From Mustelus asterias (Eukaryota), in contig NC_135805.1 of assembly GCF_964213995.1 (NCBI RefSeq), positions 134,044,001 to 134,108,000 on the forward strand: a stretch of DNA of 64,000 bases, read 5' to 3'. Both the position numbers and the translations under genes were made by a program. A model generated the notes under the pieces. The model was not told the origin of the DNA, did not search any database, and saw only the letters and a list, made by a program, of their open reading frames with translations. This document shows positions 35,011-47,832 of the stretch, in pieces; within the stretch, counting starts at the first letter, position 1, and every line of letters starts with the position of its first letter.

Positions 35011-38000
35011 TCGCTCTGTAGAAATTTATATTTTATTAAAAATCAAGCTCCTATTTACTTTTACTTTTCTTGTCCAAGACTGAGCAGTCTTTAGGTGAAG
35101 CAGGATACAAAGACAAGAAGGACCAATCAACATGTACAAAATCAATCCTCATTTTAAGGTCAAAATTCTGTCTTCCATTGATGAGAATATGGGGAAAAAA
35201 CAGCAAACCCCTCCCCCCACCCTTGGTTTCAAGAGATCAAATATTGGTCTATTTAGTCAACAATGGAGTACCCATTTGGGGTAGAGAGAGTTCCAAAGGT
35301 TCACAAGCCTCAGTGAAGAAATTTCTCAATCCATTCCTAACTGAGAATATTTTGCCTATGTTCTGGATTTCCAAACCAGGGGAAGAAAACCTATCAATGT
35401 CAACCCTGTCAATCTCCTTCAGAATCTTGTATATTTCAACAAAAGCTCAGATTTCTCATCCTAGAACAATTCTCAGCCCAGAAACTAATCTAGTGAGCCT
35501 TTGCCCCTTCCAAGGCAATTATGAGACTTATGTTGGAAATGCTGATAAAATGCAACTTCTTTAAATTTCTGGACTACTTAACATTGGCTTGTAATTACAA
35601 ACAGGAATAGTTGGACTGCAGAGTGGGGGGTTCCAAAATTGTGGATCACAAGCCCCGATGGGGTCATGAATGTCATATTTGGAGTTGCAAGCTGCCCTTT
35701 CTCTGAACAGCGATGCGACTGTGGATAGAAGACTGCCCATATTGGAGGCTTTGGCAGGACAACCTAGACCCATTGGATCAACTTTGCCAAACAGCATGGG
35801 GTGAGCCAAAGTGCTCTTCAACTTCAGAAACCACTTTCAGCAGAGAGTTTGCGCAGACCCAGGAATGTTCGTGCACCAACTTTATGCAGCTAAGGCCTGC
35901 AAGTGTAACTGGGTCGCTAACAGAGTGTAGAAATACTAGGTGGTCAGGCAGCTGAACCAAGAAGGTGAATGCAGGCTTCAAAATGTAATGTGCTTCTGCT
36001 CCTATCTGCCAACTGGGCAGGCTCCTTAATCCAGGATAGCAACTCTGCTCCATAGGCACTGACAACTAAACCAAAAAACGGGGGACGGGGAAGGGAAGAG
36101 GAACTGATGGGTAAGTGAGGAGAGGGGGTTTGAGACAATGGACTGCTAAGTGACTGTGAGGGAGTAGTAGTTTGGGATGAGTTGCTGCAGTGTGTGTCTG
36201 TGGTGAGCGTAGGGAAGTTGGGAAGAGATGTATTGATGTCTAGAGGCAGTGATTACAATGGGTCTGCGGGGCTGGAGGTGAAGAGGGGCTTTAGTTAGTC
36301 TTCTGTCATCAGGTATACGGATAGCTTGATTGAAACCTAAATCAAAAGTAGCATTTTTCTGAAGTGCTTATGCATATAATGCATCATGTTAAATATGAAA
36401 TTCTATGATCTGTAATAAGAGAAATGTATAATATACTAAATGTTACGGTGCTACTTTATTGCTCTTTTGTTTTTGCTGCTGTCTGGGGTCACATTCATTT
36501 TCAGGTGTTAAAATCTGGTCACATTGGAAAATTACATGGCAGAGCAATCTTTGGCATTCATCACCTTATTATGCACACATTTCTCTGATTTCTGGTCTTC
36601 AAACTTCTAAGTCCGGAATTGAGTATTACAGGTTTGATGCAGGAGATCAAACAGCCCAGATTCAAAATGATGCTTCTGGGACTACATCAAGCTAGGTTTT
36701 CCTTCCCTCCTCCAAATATTGCATATGGTCTGTTACCAATGATCATTATAAACTGCAAATTGAACTGAAAAGTCAGCTGATTTAAACTTGGAGTATACAA
36801 AGATTAATGAAATACCAGACTTCTCTGCACATGCAGAGAATTAGCAATTGCATTGTCTCCTTCTCAATCAACATCTCACAAGCATATACAAGCCTCTAAT
36901 TATTCTTCCTGTAGTTTAGTAGAAACCTGTGCTTCATTTATGAACACTTCCAAGAACTGTCTTTTAACTTTGAGATCCACTTTAAAAGCAAAAATGAATT
37001 TTAGTGAAACCAGAAGTTCTAATTTCTAGCCTAGATTTTGAAGAAAGTTACTTCTCGAATAAATGTCATCAATTACGTCCAATGACAATAAATCGTTAGC
37101 TCCCCTTTAAAGTAGAATTTATCTGTCTTTAATCTAGGTTTGGAACTAAGGAATCTCTGAAAATTAGCCACATTTAAAAAATAGCTATTGCTTTATATTT
37201 CAGAAAATATTCCACTTCAGCTCAATGCTAAATTATTTGGTTAGAAATCTTGCATACAGTCATAAACTTCAGTGTGTAATTTTATAATTCAGATGATTAC
37301 AACCGTCAAGCTTTAGTTTGATGGTATCCATCACTTCAATCACCTTAATTAAATAATTTCTATATAACCAATCCCAGGCATTTGTTATTATTCGCTGCTC
37401 AAAATAAATTTGATATCTTACCCAACTCCTCAGTTTAATCTGTTGGAGACAAGAATGATGAATGCCAAATAGAAAATCCAAATTGAAAATCTCCGATTTG
37501 GGCCAAGCTGTACCCTTTAAACACGAGAATATTTTTGGAAAACTCATCTCTAAGTGCTTTATTAATATTCTGATGAAGGATACCGAATGATTAAATATTA
37601 CTGATAAATGCAATATTTATCCCATAGCTCTACATCATCATGCTGCAACTTGAAGTACTATTCTACCAGTTGCTGGCCACCAAAATAGTTGCTGACGAAG
37701 AAATAAAACTAACCCCACAAGCACGTATATACTCACTCATGGATAATCTCATTGCACTGGCTGAGCTCCATTAGTGTTTCACAGGAGCTAAGATCAAGTG
37801 CAGTCTTTCAAGTGCAGGGGGGTTAGAATTAGTGGAATAAATGGATCATGGATCAAGACAAATTTAGCCCTCGTCTTAAAATTATGCAGCATTTTTTTAT
37901 TTCCACAATGGCTTTCTATTTGGGAGCAGGGGGACGTAAGAATGGTAGAGGAAAAGGCCATCAGCTGGAGTTTTCCACAAAATACATTTTGGGTAGGAAG

Positions 38001-39399
38001 CCATGCAAATATACTTCAGCACAGGCAGTGGAGGGGGAAAATATCCTGATATTTCAGTTTTGAAGAGGCCCCCTTTTTCCAAAACAAAGACAGTAAGATA
38101 CCTACCTGTATTAGTAAGATTTCCTTATTTATGAAGAGGTGCCAATTTCTACAGGTTTGTTTTGGAGATAGGTGATATTATCAATGTTGAAACAGCTCAA
38201 CAATGAACACCCAAACATCCATTTAACAACACCACCCAAAGGTGTAGCTAGTACTGCAGGCGAATGTAGGCAGTTTTATAAATGGAATTGTCCACAGGGT
38301 CAGATTGACATGAGGTTTCAATTCATTTTCAAATATGACCCAGCTACCATTTTTAATATATAATATTGGCATCTAGCTAAAGACAAAGATAATTTTGAGA
38401 AAGTGGAAGAGGGAATGGCAGCATTTTATTTTATTTCCAATTTCCAGTGTCTACAATATTTTGCCTTTGGTTCAATTTAATGATCAGATGATTCATAAAT
38501 TTTGATCACAACCTTCCGACTCATTTTAGCACTGACATGATTGCTGGCCTGAGTCAACAACCGCAAACCAAATAGAGGACATCTTCTTCACAGAAATGCG
38601 ACAGGAATGCAACATCTACCCATTCACCACCCCACAGAGTGAGATTGGACAATTTCTACAGCTATTGAGAGCTTGAAGCTGACCAGAAATGATAATAAAA
38701 GGAGAGAGTAGAAAACACAGTTTAATAAAGAGCTAAGCAGATACAAGGTGGGGGCAAGTTTGGAAGACAGACACACACGAGCAAACACACACACAGGCAC
38801 GCATGCAAAAACACATGCACACAGTGTAAGGAAACAGAGTATCAGATATGCAGAAATAAATAAGATGCAAGACAGAAGTTCTGAGACAGCAATAAAGTGA
38901 GGAAACAGAAACAAATTTATATAAAAAGGAGAAAGAGGTTGGGACCCAATGAGACGAAAAAAAGAAAGAAATGAAAGACTCAAGAACAAAGACAATTACA
39001 GGAATAAAGTCAACGTTTTCATAACTTGTCATCTTACGGGCATTGCTTGAGGGACAATTTACATTTATGTACCACTTTTAATGTACAAAATTCCCCAAAC
39101 CATTTCAGAAAACTATGAAGAAAAGTGAACGCTATACAAAATAAGTAGAGATGCAATATATTCTGTCAACAGATCATGTTCTCCTGCCATTAAATGTTCC
39201 CTGGGAGATTCACTAGTTCACTAAAATGACTGATAGCTTTGTACTGTGAGGTAAGCTTGCTAAAAAAATACTGTACTTAAGATTGCCAAACATATTTCAA
39301 ACTGCTGGGCATGCTCAGCTTTGACCTTCATCCATCTCCAACAACCCAGGGACCCACCAATGATCTGGGCAGCAACGAGTCAGGGAAAATAGTGTATAC

Positions 39400-41840
39400 A
39401 AGCTGTAGTGCCTAGGGCTGGCAAACAGAGAAACCGCAGACAGTAACCAGCACCCCGAAGAGTGGGTGAAGAGGTCCAGGAGGCAATCAGCAGCATGTAG
39501 AAGAATAGGTAAAAGGAGGATTGGGAGGCAGTCAGAAGTACCTAGAAGGCCAGGTGAAAAGAGGACCCAGAGACAGTCAGTAGCACAGCCTCCAGTATTT
39601 GGTTCTAACTTTGGTGTAAGGGAAGAGGTTGATTGGTGAGTAATTGGTTAAATTATTCTACATATGAACTTGGGAAACTTGCTGCTGGAACGACAGAGGT
39701 TGTGGGACGACCTGATAGAAATCTACAAGATTGTGAGGGGCATGGACAGAGTGGATAATCAGAAGCTTTTTCCCAGGGTGGAAGAATCAATTACGAGGGG
39801 GCATAGGTTTAAGGTGCGAGGGGCAAGGTTTAAAGGAGATGTACGAGGCAAGTTTTTTTTTTAAACAGAGGGTGGTGGGTGCCTGGAACTCACTGCCGGA
39901 GGAGGATGTGGAAGCAGATACGATAGTGACTGTTAAGGGGATCTGGCCAATACACGAATAGGATGGGAATGGAGGGATATGGTCCCTGGAAGGGTAGGGG
40001 GTTTTAGTTCAGATGGGCAGCATGGTCGATGCAGGCTTGGAAGGCTTAAGGGCCTGTTCCTGTGCCGTAATTTTCTTTGTTGTCCTATATAATAAAAAGT
40101 TTGTACAAGTTAAAGTATGGCAGGGAATGTGGAAAATCATGGATACACCATATATCCTAGACAAACACATCTACAGGAAGTGTCACCAGCTGCAAAAGCT
40201 TGAATTCTGGGTTTCGGAACTCGAGTGGTGGCTGGAACACAAGGCACAGAACTAGTAGATAGCATGTTTAGGAAGGTGGTCACACCACAGATTAGGAGCA
40301 TTCAGATAGATCGGGACTGAATGGCTGCCAGGCAATCTAAGAGAACAGACAGGTAGAGCAGGAGTCCCCTGAATCAATCTCACTCACTAACCAGTATTTC
40401 ATTTTGGATAAACGTGGTTCCTCAGAGGAAGACCCATGTCTGTGGCACCTGGAGTGGCTTAGCTGCCCAGGAGGGGAGAAAGAGTGGAGGAGTAATAGTG
40501 ATGAAGAATTGGTGTAAGAAGGAGAACATCAGATTTTTGAGGTACCGGGACAAGTTCTGGGGCAGGTGGGACCTTTGGAAGATGGATGGGTTGCACCTGA
40601 GCAAGACCGGAGCTAACATCCTGGCAGAAAAAATTGCTATTGGGGAGGGGTTAAACTAGATTGGCAGTGGGGATGGGAACTTGAAAGGAAGCTCAGATTG
40701 GAGGGAAGCAAAACTGGTAACAGAAAAAAGAAAATTAGTGAGTGAAATCAAAAGGCAGATGAAACGAAAGCAGGTATCAAATAGGATTGCAAAACAGAAT
40801 AATGTTTAAACGACAAAGTTAAGGGCACGCTACCTGAACTCATGCAGCATTTGCAACAAAGAAGATGATTTGAAGGCACAAACATAAGGTAAATCAATCA
40901 AGGCTAACAAAATAAGTTAACGGTTGCATGAGAATATGAATGCAAGCTCACAAGTATTAAAAGGCAGACAGTAAAAAGGAAGAGTTGCAAGGACAAATGT
41001 GGATCCATTACAGTTGGAAACGGAGAAATGGGAAAATGGCAGAGAAACTAAACAATTACTTTGTGTCGGTCTTCACAGAGGAGGGTACAGCAAATCTCCC
41101 AGATAAACAAGGGACATGTGAAAATTAGAAACCGAAGAAAGTTAGTATTAATAAAGAGGTAGCACCCAAAAAATAATTGGATTCCATGTTGATAAATCCC
41201 CTGGACCCAGATGAGCTACATCAAGAAGGTTGAAGGAGGTGGCTACAACAATAATGAACGAATTGGTGGTTATCTTCCAAAATTCTTTAGATTCTGGAAA
41301 GTTCCTGCAGACTGGAAAGTGGCAAATGTAACCCCACTATTTAAGAGAGGGAAGGGGAAAACAGAACAACAGACCTTTCAGTTTGACGTCAGTAATAAGG
41401 AAAAGATTAGAATCTATTATAAAGGATGTGATAACTGGACATTGATAAAGGATTGGGCAGGGTCAACATGAATTCATGACAAACCTGTTGGGAGTTTTTT
41501 TAGACGGTGTTACCTGTAGCATAAAGGAGAACCGGGGGATGTGGTGAACTTGGATTTTCAGAAGGCTTTTGGTTTGGTGCCACACAGATTAATAAATAAA
41601 AATAGATTTTTGGGATGAGAATTGGTTAGCAGACAGGGTAGGAATAAAGGGTCATTCTCAGGATGGCAGGCTGTTATTCGAGGAAAACAGCAAGGATCAG
41701 TGCTGGGGTCACAGCTGTTCACAATGTATATAAATGATTTGAAAGTGAGAACCAAATGTAATATTTGCTGATGACACATAACTAGGAGGGAATGAAAATT
41801 GTGAGGAGGATGCAAAGAGACTTCAAGGGGATTTAATGGT
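39400..41840 (+). mobile_element. Old, internally deleted CR1 with ORF1 (zinc-finger/esterase) and ORF2 remnants; younger CR1 3' piece nested at about 39665-40088
   Basis: RKCHQLQKLEFWVSELE, FWGRWDLWKMDGLHLSKTGANILA (SGNH-like), VPADWKVANVTPLFK. Confidence 0.8.
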
Positions 41841-41874
41841 AACATTAAAGTTGTTGAGTCAGAAGGTTACGAAT

Positions 41875-42187
41875 TGGGAGGCAGTGGCTAGTGATATTGC
41901 CGCTGGACTAGTAATTCAGAGATCCCACAATTCAAATCCCATGATGGTAGATGAAATCTGAATTCAATAAAAATCTGGAATCAAAAGTCTAATGATATCC
42001 ATGAAGCCATTATTGATTGTTGTAAAAACCCAACTAATGTCCTTTAGGGAAGGAAATCTGTCATCCTTATCTGGTCTGGCCCACTCAAGATCTATAGCAA
42101 TACAGTTGACTCTTAAAGGCCCTCAGGGATGGGCAACAAATGCAAGCCCAGCCAGCAATGTCCATGTCCCATGAATGAATAAAAAAC
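41875..42187 (+). mobile_element. tRNA-derived SINE (family B)
   Basis: gggaggcagtggc head, ctaatgtcctttagggaaggaaatc core, tail ccatgtcccatgaatgaataaaaaa. Confidence 0.8.
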
Positions 42188-42328
42188 TTCAAGTCTAGCT
42201 CAAAGACTTGAGCACATGATCTCTGCTGACACTCTGGTGCAGCACCTAAGGAGTGTTGTACTATTGGAGGTGTTGTCTTTTGAATGGGATGTTAAAACAA
42301 GTTTTCTACCTCAGGCGGAAAAAAAGAT

Positions 42329-42553
42329 GTGGAGATGCCGGCGTTGGACTGGGGTAAACACAGTAAGAAGTTTAACAACACCAAGTTAAAGTCCAACAGG
42401 TTCATTTGGTAGTAAAAGCCACACAAGCTTTCGGAGCTCCAAGCCCCTTCTTCAGGTGAGTGGGAATTCTGTTCACAAACAGGGCATATAAAGACACAAA
42501 CTCAATTTATTATTTATGTAAATTGAGTCTGTGTCTTTATATGCCCTGTTTGT
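42329..42553 (-). mobile_element. Short Penelope-like insertion (family 1) with an inverted arm of about 36 bp
   Basis: TSD ggaaaaaaagat at 42317-42328 and 42554-42565; near-identical to 12095-12503. Confidence 0.88.
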
Positions 42554-42585
42554 GGAAAAAAAGATCCCATGGCACTATTCTGAAG

Positions 42586-44219
42586 TAAGAAGTCTCACAA
42601 CACCAGGTTAAAGTCCAACAGGTTTATTTGGTAGCACAAGCCACTAGCTTTCGGAGCGCTGCCCCTTCATCAGGTGAGTGGGAGTTCTGTTCACAAACAG
42701 GGCATATAAAGACACAAACTCAATTTACAAAATAATGGTTGGAATGCGAGTTTTTACAGGTAATCAAGTCTTAAAGGCACAGACAATGTGAGTGGAGAGA
42801 GGGTTAAGCACAGGTTAAAGAGATGTGTATTGTCTCCAGCCAGTACAGTTAGTGAGATTTTGCAAGCCCAGGCAAGTCATGAGGGGTTACAGACAGTGTG
42901 ACCTGAACCCAAGATCCCGGTTGAGGCCATCCTCATGTGTGCGGAACTTGGCTCTCAGTCTTTGCTCAGCGACTCTGTGTTGTTGTGTGTCGTGAAGGCC
43001 GCCTTGGAGAACGCTTACCCGAAGATCAGAGGCCAAATATCCGTGACCGCTGAAGTGTTCCCCAACAGGAAGAGAACACTCTTGCCTGGTGATTGTTGAG
43101 CGGTGTTCATTCATCCGTTGTTGTAGTGTCTGCATGGTCTCCCCAGTGTACCATACCTCGGGACATCCTTTCCTGCAGTGTATCAGGTAGACAATGTTGG
43201 CCGAGTTGCAAGTGTATGTACCGTGTACCTGGTGGATGGTGTTCTCACGTGAGATGATGGCATCCGTGTCGATGATCCGGCACGTCTTGCAGAGGTTGCT
43301 GTGGCAGGGTTGTATGTTGTGGTCACTGTTCTCCTGAAGACTGGGTAGTTTCCTCTGGTAGTAATCTCTGGCATTCTCTGCCAGAGCACTGTGGAAGTTC
43401 AATTTCTGCAAACTACTCAGCCTTCAGGAAAACAGTGACCACAACACCACACAACCTTGCCACAGCAACCTCTGCAAGACATGCCGGATCATCGACACGG
43501 ATGCCATCATCTCACGTGAGAACACCATCCACCAAGTACACGGTACATACGCTTGCAACTCGGCCAACGTTGTCAACCTGATACGCTGCAGGAAAGGATG
43601 TCCCGAGGCATGATACATTGGGGAGACCATGCAGACGCTACGACAACAGATGAATGAACACCGCTCGACAATCACCAGGCAAAAGTGTTCTCTTCCTGTT
43701 GGGGAACACTTCAGCGGTCACGGGCAATCGGCCTCTGATCTTCGGGTAAGCGTTCTCCAAGGCGGCCTTCACGACACACGACAACGCAGAATCGCTGAGC
43801 AGAAACGGATAGCCAAGTTCCGCACACATGAGGACTGCCTCAATTGGGATCTTGGGTTCATGTCACACTATCTGTAACCCCCCATGACTTGCCTGGGCTT
43901 GCAAAATCTCACTAACTGTCCTGGCTGGAGACAATACACATCTCTTTAACCTGTGCTTAACCCTCTCTCCACTCACATTGTCTGTACCTTTAAGACTTGA
44001 TTACCTGTAAAGACTCGCATTCCAACCATTATTTTGTAAATTGAGTTTGTGTCTTTATATGCCCTGTTTGTGAACAGAACTCCCACTCACCTGATGAAGG
44101 GGCAGCGCTCCGAAAGCTAGTGGCTTGTGCTACCAAATAAACCTGTTGGACTTTAACCTGGTGTTGTGAGACTTCTTACTGTGTTTACCCCAGTTCAACG
44201 CCGGCATCTCTACGTCATG
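42586..44219 (+). mobile_element. Large fold-back Penelope-like element (family 1; GIY-YIG endonuclease with Cys-rich linker)
   Basis: Inverted arms of about 770 bp (42584-43351 and 43410-44180); ORF 42887-43411 with PCHSNLCKTC...VYLIHC...WYTGET...RMNEH...GLNRD; TSD actattctgaag at 42574-42585 and 44220-44231. Confidence 0.93.
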
Positions 44220-44329
44220 ACTATTCTGAAGAGCAGGGAAGTTCTCCCAACTGTCCTGCTAATATTCATCCCTTAATCAACATCACAAACATATGCTATG
44301 TATATCACATCATTGTCTGTGGGACATTG

Positions 44330-45045
44330 CAAGTGCAGCAAGCAATTAGGAAGGCAAATGGTATGTTCGACTTTATTGCAAAAGAATTTGAGTACAGGAA
44401 TAAAGATGTCTTGCTCAGTTGTGTAGAACCTTGATGAAGCCTCACCTGGAGTACTATGTATAGTTCTGGTCCTCTTGCCTAAAGGAGGATATACTTGCCA
44501 TAGATAGGGAGTGTAGTGTCGGCTCACCAGACCAATTCCTGGGCTGGTGGGACTGTCCTAGAGGAGAGATTGCAGAGATTGGGCCCGCATTTGCTAGAAT
44601 TTAGAAGAATGAGAGGTGATCTCATCGAAACTTACAAAATTCTTGCAGGACATGACAGGATTGGAAGTTTCCCCAGGCTGATGAGTCTAGAATTAGGTGA
44701 CAGAGTCTTACAATAAGGGGCAGTCCATTTAAGATTGGCATAAGGAGAAATTTCTTCACACAGAGAGGGTGGTGAATCTCTGGCATTCTTTGCCAGAGGG
44801 CTGTGGAAGTTCAATTTCTGAACATGCTCAAGACAAAAATCGATAGACATCTGGATACTAATGACAACAAGGAATATGGGGATGGTGGAAAAAATAGTGC
44901 AGAGGTAGATGATTGGCCATCATAGAATCCCTACAATGCAGAAGAAGGCCATTCGGCCCATCAAGTCTGCACCGACTGCGAGCCCATGATCTGTTTGAAT
45001 GGCAGAGTAGGCTCGACAGGCAGAGTGGCCTACGTTTATTCCTAT
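44330..45045 (+). mobile_element. Degenerate CR1 3' fragment (small SINE-tail insert near 44920-44980)
   Basis: LEFRRMRGDLIETYKIL peptide. Confidence 0.8.
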
Positions 45046-45169
45046 GTTTCAAATGGGTAACAAAAGTTTGTATGCAAGGAAAAAGAGGAAAAGTCTGCAC
45101 CTTTCCCTTGACTGGCCGGGAGAATATGGGATATTGGAACAAAGTAGATCCTACAGGTTCTTTTCAAAA

Positions 45170-46820
45170 TTCATTTTCAAATGTCATTGGAAAACCAAGC
45201 ATTTACTGGACGTTATTTGTCCTTGAGGTGGTGGCAGTGAGTCAGCTTCTTGAGTCGCAGCAATGTGCATAGTAAATGTGCTCCCACATTAGTGCCATCA
45301 GGGTTCTTCAAGGCTTTGGCCCAGCGACAATTAAAGATCATATACTTTCAAGTCAGGGCGGTGGGTGACTTGGAGAACTTAAGAGACAATTGTGTTTCCA
45401 TCAACTTGCTGCCCTTCTAAGTGGTAGAGGTCATGGTTTAAAAGATGCTGTCGAAGAAACCTTAGTGAATAACTGCAGCGAATCTTGTAGATGCAAGACA
45501 TTATGGCCATACACTGCGGCCACAGTGGTGAAGAATTTAACGGTTAAGGTGATAGATGGGGTCCAATCAAGTGGGCTGTTTTATCCTGGATAGTGTCAAG
45601 CTTTGAGTGCACGCACGTACAAAAACAGAAAATTGGGCTATGAAAACAGAAAACCAGAATTCTGTTGAAGGGTCATCCAGTCTCAAAACGTTTGCTCTAT
45701 TCTCTCTCCACAGATGCTTTCAGACCTGCTGAGATTTTCCAGCATTTTCAGTTTTTGTTTAAGATTCCAGTATCTGCAGTAATTTGCTTTTATATTTGAG
45801 TGCACACATCCAGGTGAGGAGAAAGAGTATTTCATCACACTTTTGACTGGTGCTTTGTAGATGATGGAAAGACTCTAGAAGGTCAAGAAATGAGTCATCA
45901 GCCACTGAATACCCAGCTTCTGACCTATTCTTGTAGCCACGGTATGCTATGTAGCCGATCCAATTACGTTTATGATCAATGTCAACCCACAGGATGTCGA
46001 TGATGGGGAAATCAATAATCGAATATCATGGGGAAGTTGCCTGACACTTTATTGCTGGGGAAGATCACAAGTGGCATATGCCATTTATCAGCACAAGGCT
46101 GAATGTTATCCATGTCTTGCTACATTAAGGCATGGACTTCTACAGTATCTTAGGCGGCACAAACAGTATTGAACATTGTACCAAACATCCCCACTTCCAA
46201 CTTTATGATAAAGGGAAAAATCATTGATGAAGCAACTGAAAATGGTTGGGCCTGAGGAACTCTTGCTGCAATGTCCAATGCCTGAGATGATTGATCCCCA
46301 GCAAAACTGCCTTTATGCCAGATATAACTGTAGTTGGAGAGAGCTTTGCCCCATTATCATTGACTTCAAATTTAAATGTAAGCCTCTTTCTGTGCTGTAG
46401 GGATTCTAAGATCATTTACTGGGGCTCCTGGATGCCACACAGTCAAGTGCTGCTTGATGCCACCTCATCTCTGCAATTCAACTCTTTTTATTTCATGTTT
46501 TGACCAAGATATTATGGAGGTCTGAAGCTGTGTGGTCCTGGAAGAACCCAAAATGATTTTCGTTAATAGATTGCTGGATTAGTCGGAGTCGCTGACTAGC
46601 ACTATTAACAACACTGTTCAATTCTTTGCTGTAGACTGAGAGTAGGTAGAAAGGGTGAATTGGTCAGACTGTATTTATTTTTTTCAGGGATAGGACATAC
46701 TGGAGCAATTTTCCACTTTGTCGGGTACACATCAGTGTTGTAATTATACTGGAATAACTTGGCTAAGGGGTGGCTAGCTCTTGAATACAAGTCTTCAGCA
46801 CTATAGCCAGGGTGTTTTTG
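45170..46820 (-). mobile_element. Old CR1/L2-group LINE, interrupted by a family-2 Penelope repeat at about 45613-45794
   Basis: Peptide PLAKLFQYNYNTDVYPTKWKIAPVCPI; TSD tttgagtgcac at 45602-45612 and 45795-45805 around the insert. Confidence 0.7.
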
Positions 46821-47636
46821 TCGTAGTTTTGCTGTAAGCTGAGTAACCAGAAAGCAAAAAAGGGAGGACTGGAAGGTTTGAATGACAGAGACTGGCCAGC
46901 ATTGTTAACATGGATAGTTAACATGTGCTTAAAAACAACAGGTGTTTTGCTACATATATTTTCAGTAGACATGGAGGTTAACTATGGTGCATGGGCCCCT
47001 CCCCCAGCAGTGGCTTTTCCAGAATGGTCTTGAAGGACAGCACCAAAAGTGCACAGCATAGAAGAATGCCATTAAATCCACCCTATATTAACTGTTTAGG
47101 AAGCAATCAAATATCCCATGCTCTTGCTCTTTCCCTACACAGTCCTAGATATTTTGCTTCAAATATTTAGCCCATTTTCCCTTAAGCGTTAACCACTTGC
47201 TTTAGTGGTTTGCCTTACCTCTAGAAATAAATCTCTCTTCCCTCTTTTCAGATGACGTGGATGGGTTACAGTAGGTGTTACTTTTTTTATTTAAAGATTA
47301 ACTAAGTTCCATAGCATAGGATAGCACTGAATTCAAGACAAGTAAACAAGGCAACACCAACTTTAGATTTTAAGTCTTAAGATTGTGAAGAAGGGAAATA
47401 TATATTTGTTGAAGACTGGAAAAGAATGAGTTAGAACAGGATAAAATTTTGACACAAAGAAGGCATTGAGAGTAGGAAGAACACATATAGGATTAATTTG
47501 GCATTTTTATTAAAAATGTTCACCTACTTGTATAATGTTTCAAAAATGGAGAAACACATCCTTCCCATTAAGTCACAATATTTACATTTTCTTTTCTCCA
47601 TTTAGTTTTCTGATCTGCTCAATCATTTTCACGCAC

Positions 47637-47832
47637 CTAGTTTTGGCAGCTTTTCTCCTTGACCAAGCCGAGTGGCTGCAAGGTCTTTCAGCAGTTTGCC
47701 TTTCTTGTGTTCAGGTGCTGGTGATGTTCCTGTTATTTGCCCTGCTAGACGGTCATTTCCGAAATGGGCTTTTTTTGCATCCTTGGTCTCCGAATCCTTC
47801 GAGTCAGTAGAACCAGTTCTCATACCAGAGAT
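47637..47832 (-). CDS. PHF3: PHF3 exon (low-conservation linker): ISGMRTGSTDSKDSETKDAKKAHFG...GQGEKLPKL
   Basis: tcctag acceptor, gtgcgt donor, 196 bp open frame, phase 0/1, compatible with the next exon (G+AT = Asp); only weak similarity to the equivalent human exon. Confidence 0.78.

Larger units (their letters stand above)
42188..44330 (+). mobile_element. Deu-domain SINE split by two Penelope insertions
   Basis: Removing both inserts restores ctcaggcggaaaaaaagatcccatggcactattctgaagagcagggaagttctccc...gtcctgctaatattcatccc. Confidence 0.75.

Noticed and set aside
35620-36550. Possible hAT-type MITE ends (ggggttccaaaattg...ggggtca)
   Set aside because: Too decayed to define terminal inverted repeats or an 8-bp TSD
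42887-43411. Domesticated stand-alone GIY-YIG nuclease gene
   Set aside because: The ORF is one arm of a TSD-bounded insertion, starts at a non-ATG codon at the captured spacer, and the mirror arm has a stop; no sign of splicing or selection
6211-47832. DIDO1 or SPOCD1 instead of PHF3
   Set aside because: Motifs such as RPITKITHKGEIEIES, SPEELASKELAAWR, MPSVAKFVTKAYPVSGS and KIKASGTK fit PHF3 better as I recall the sequences; reciprocal BLAST would confirm
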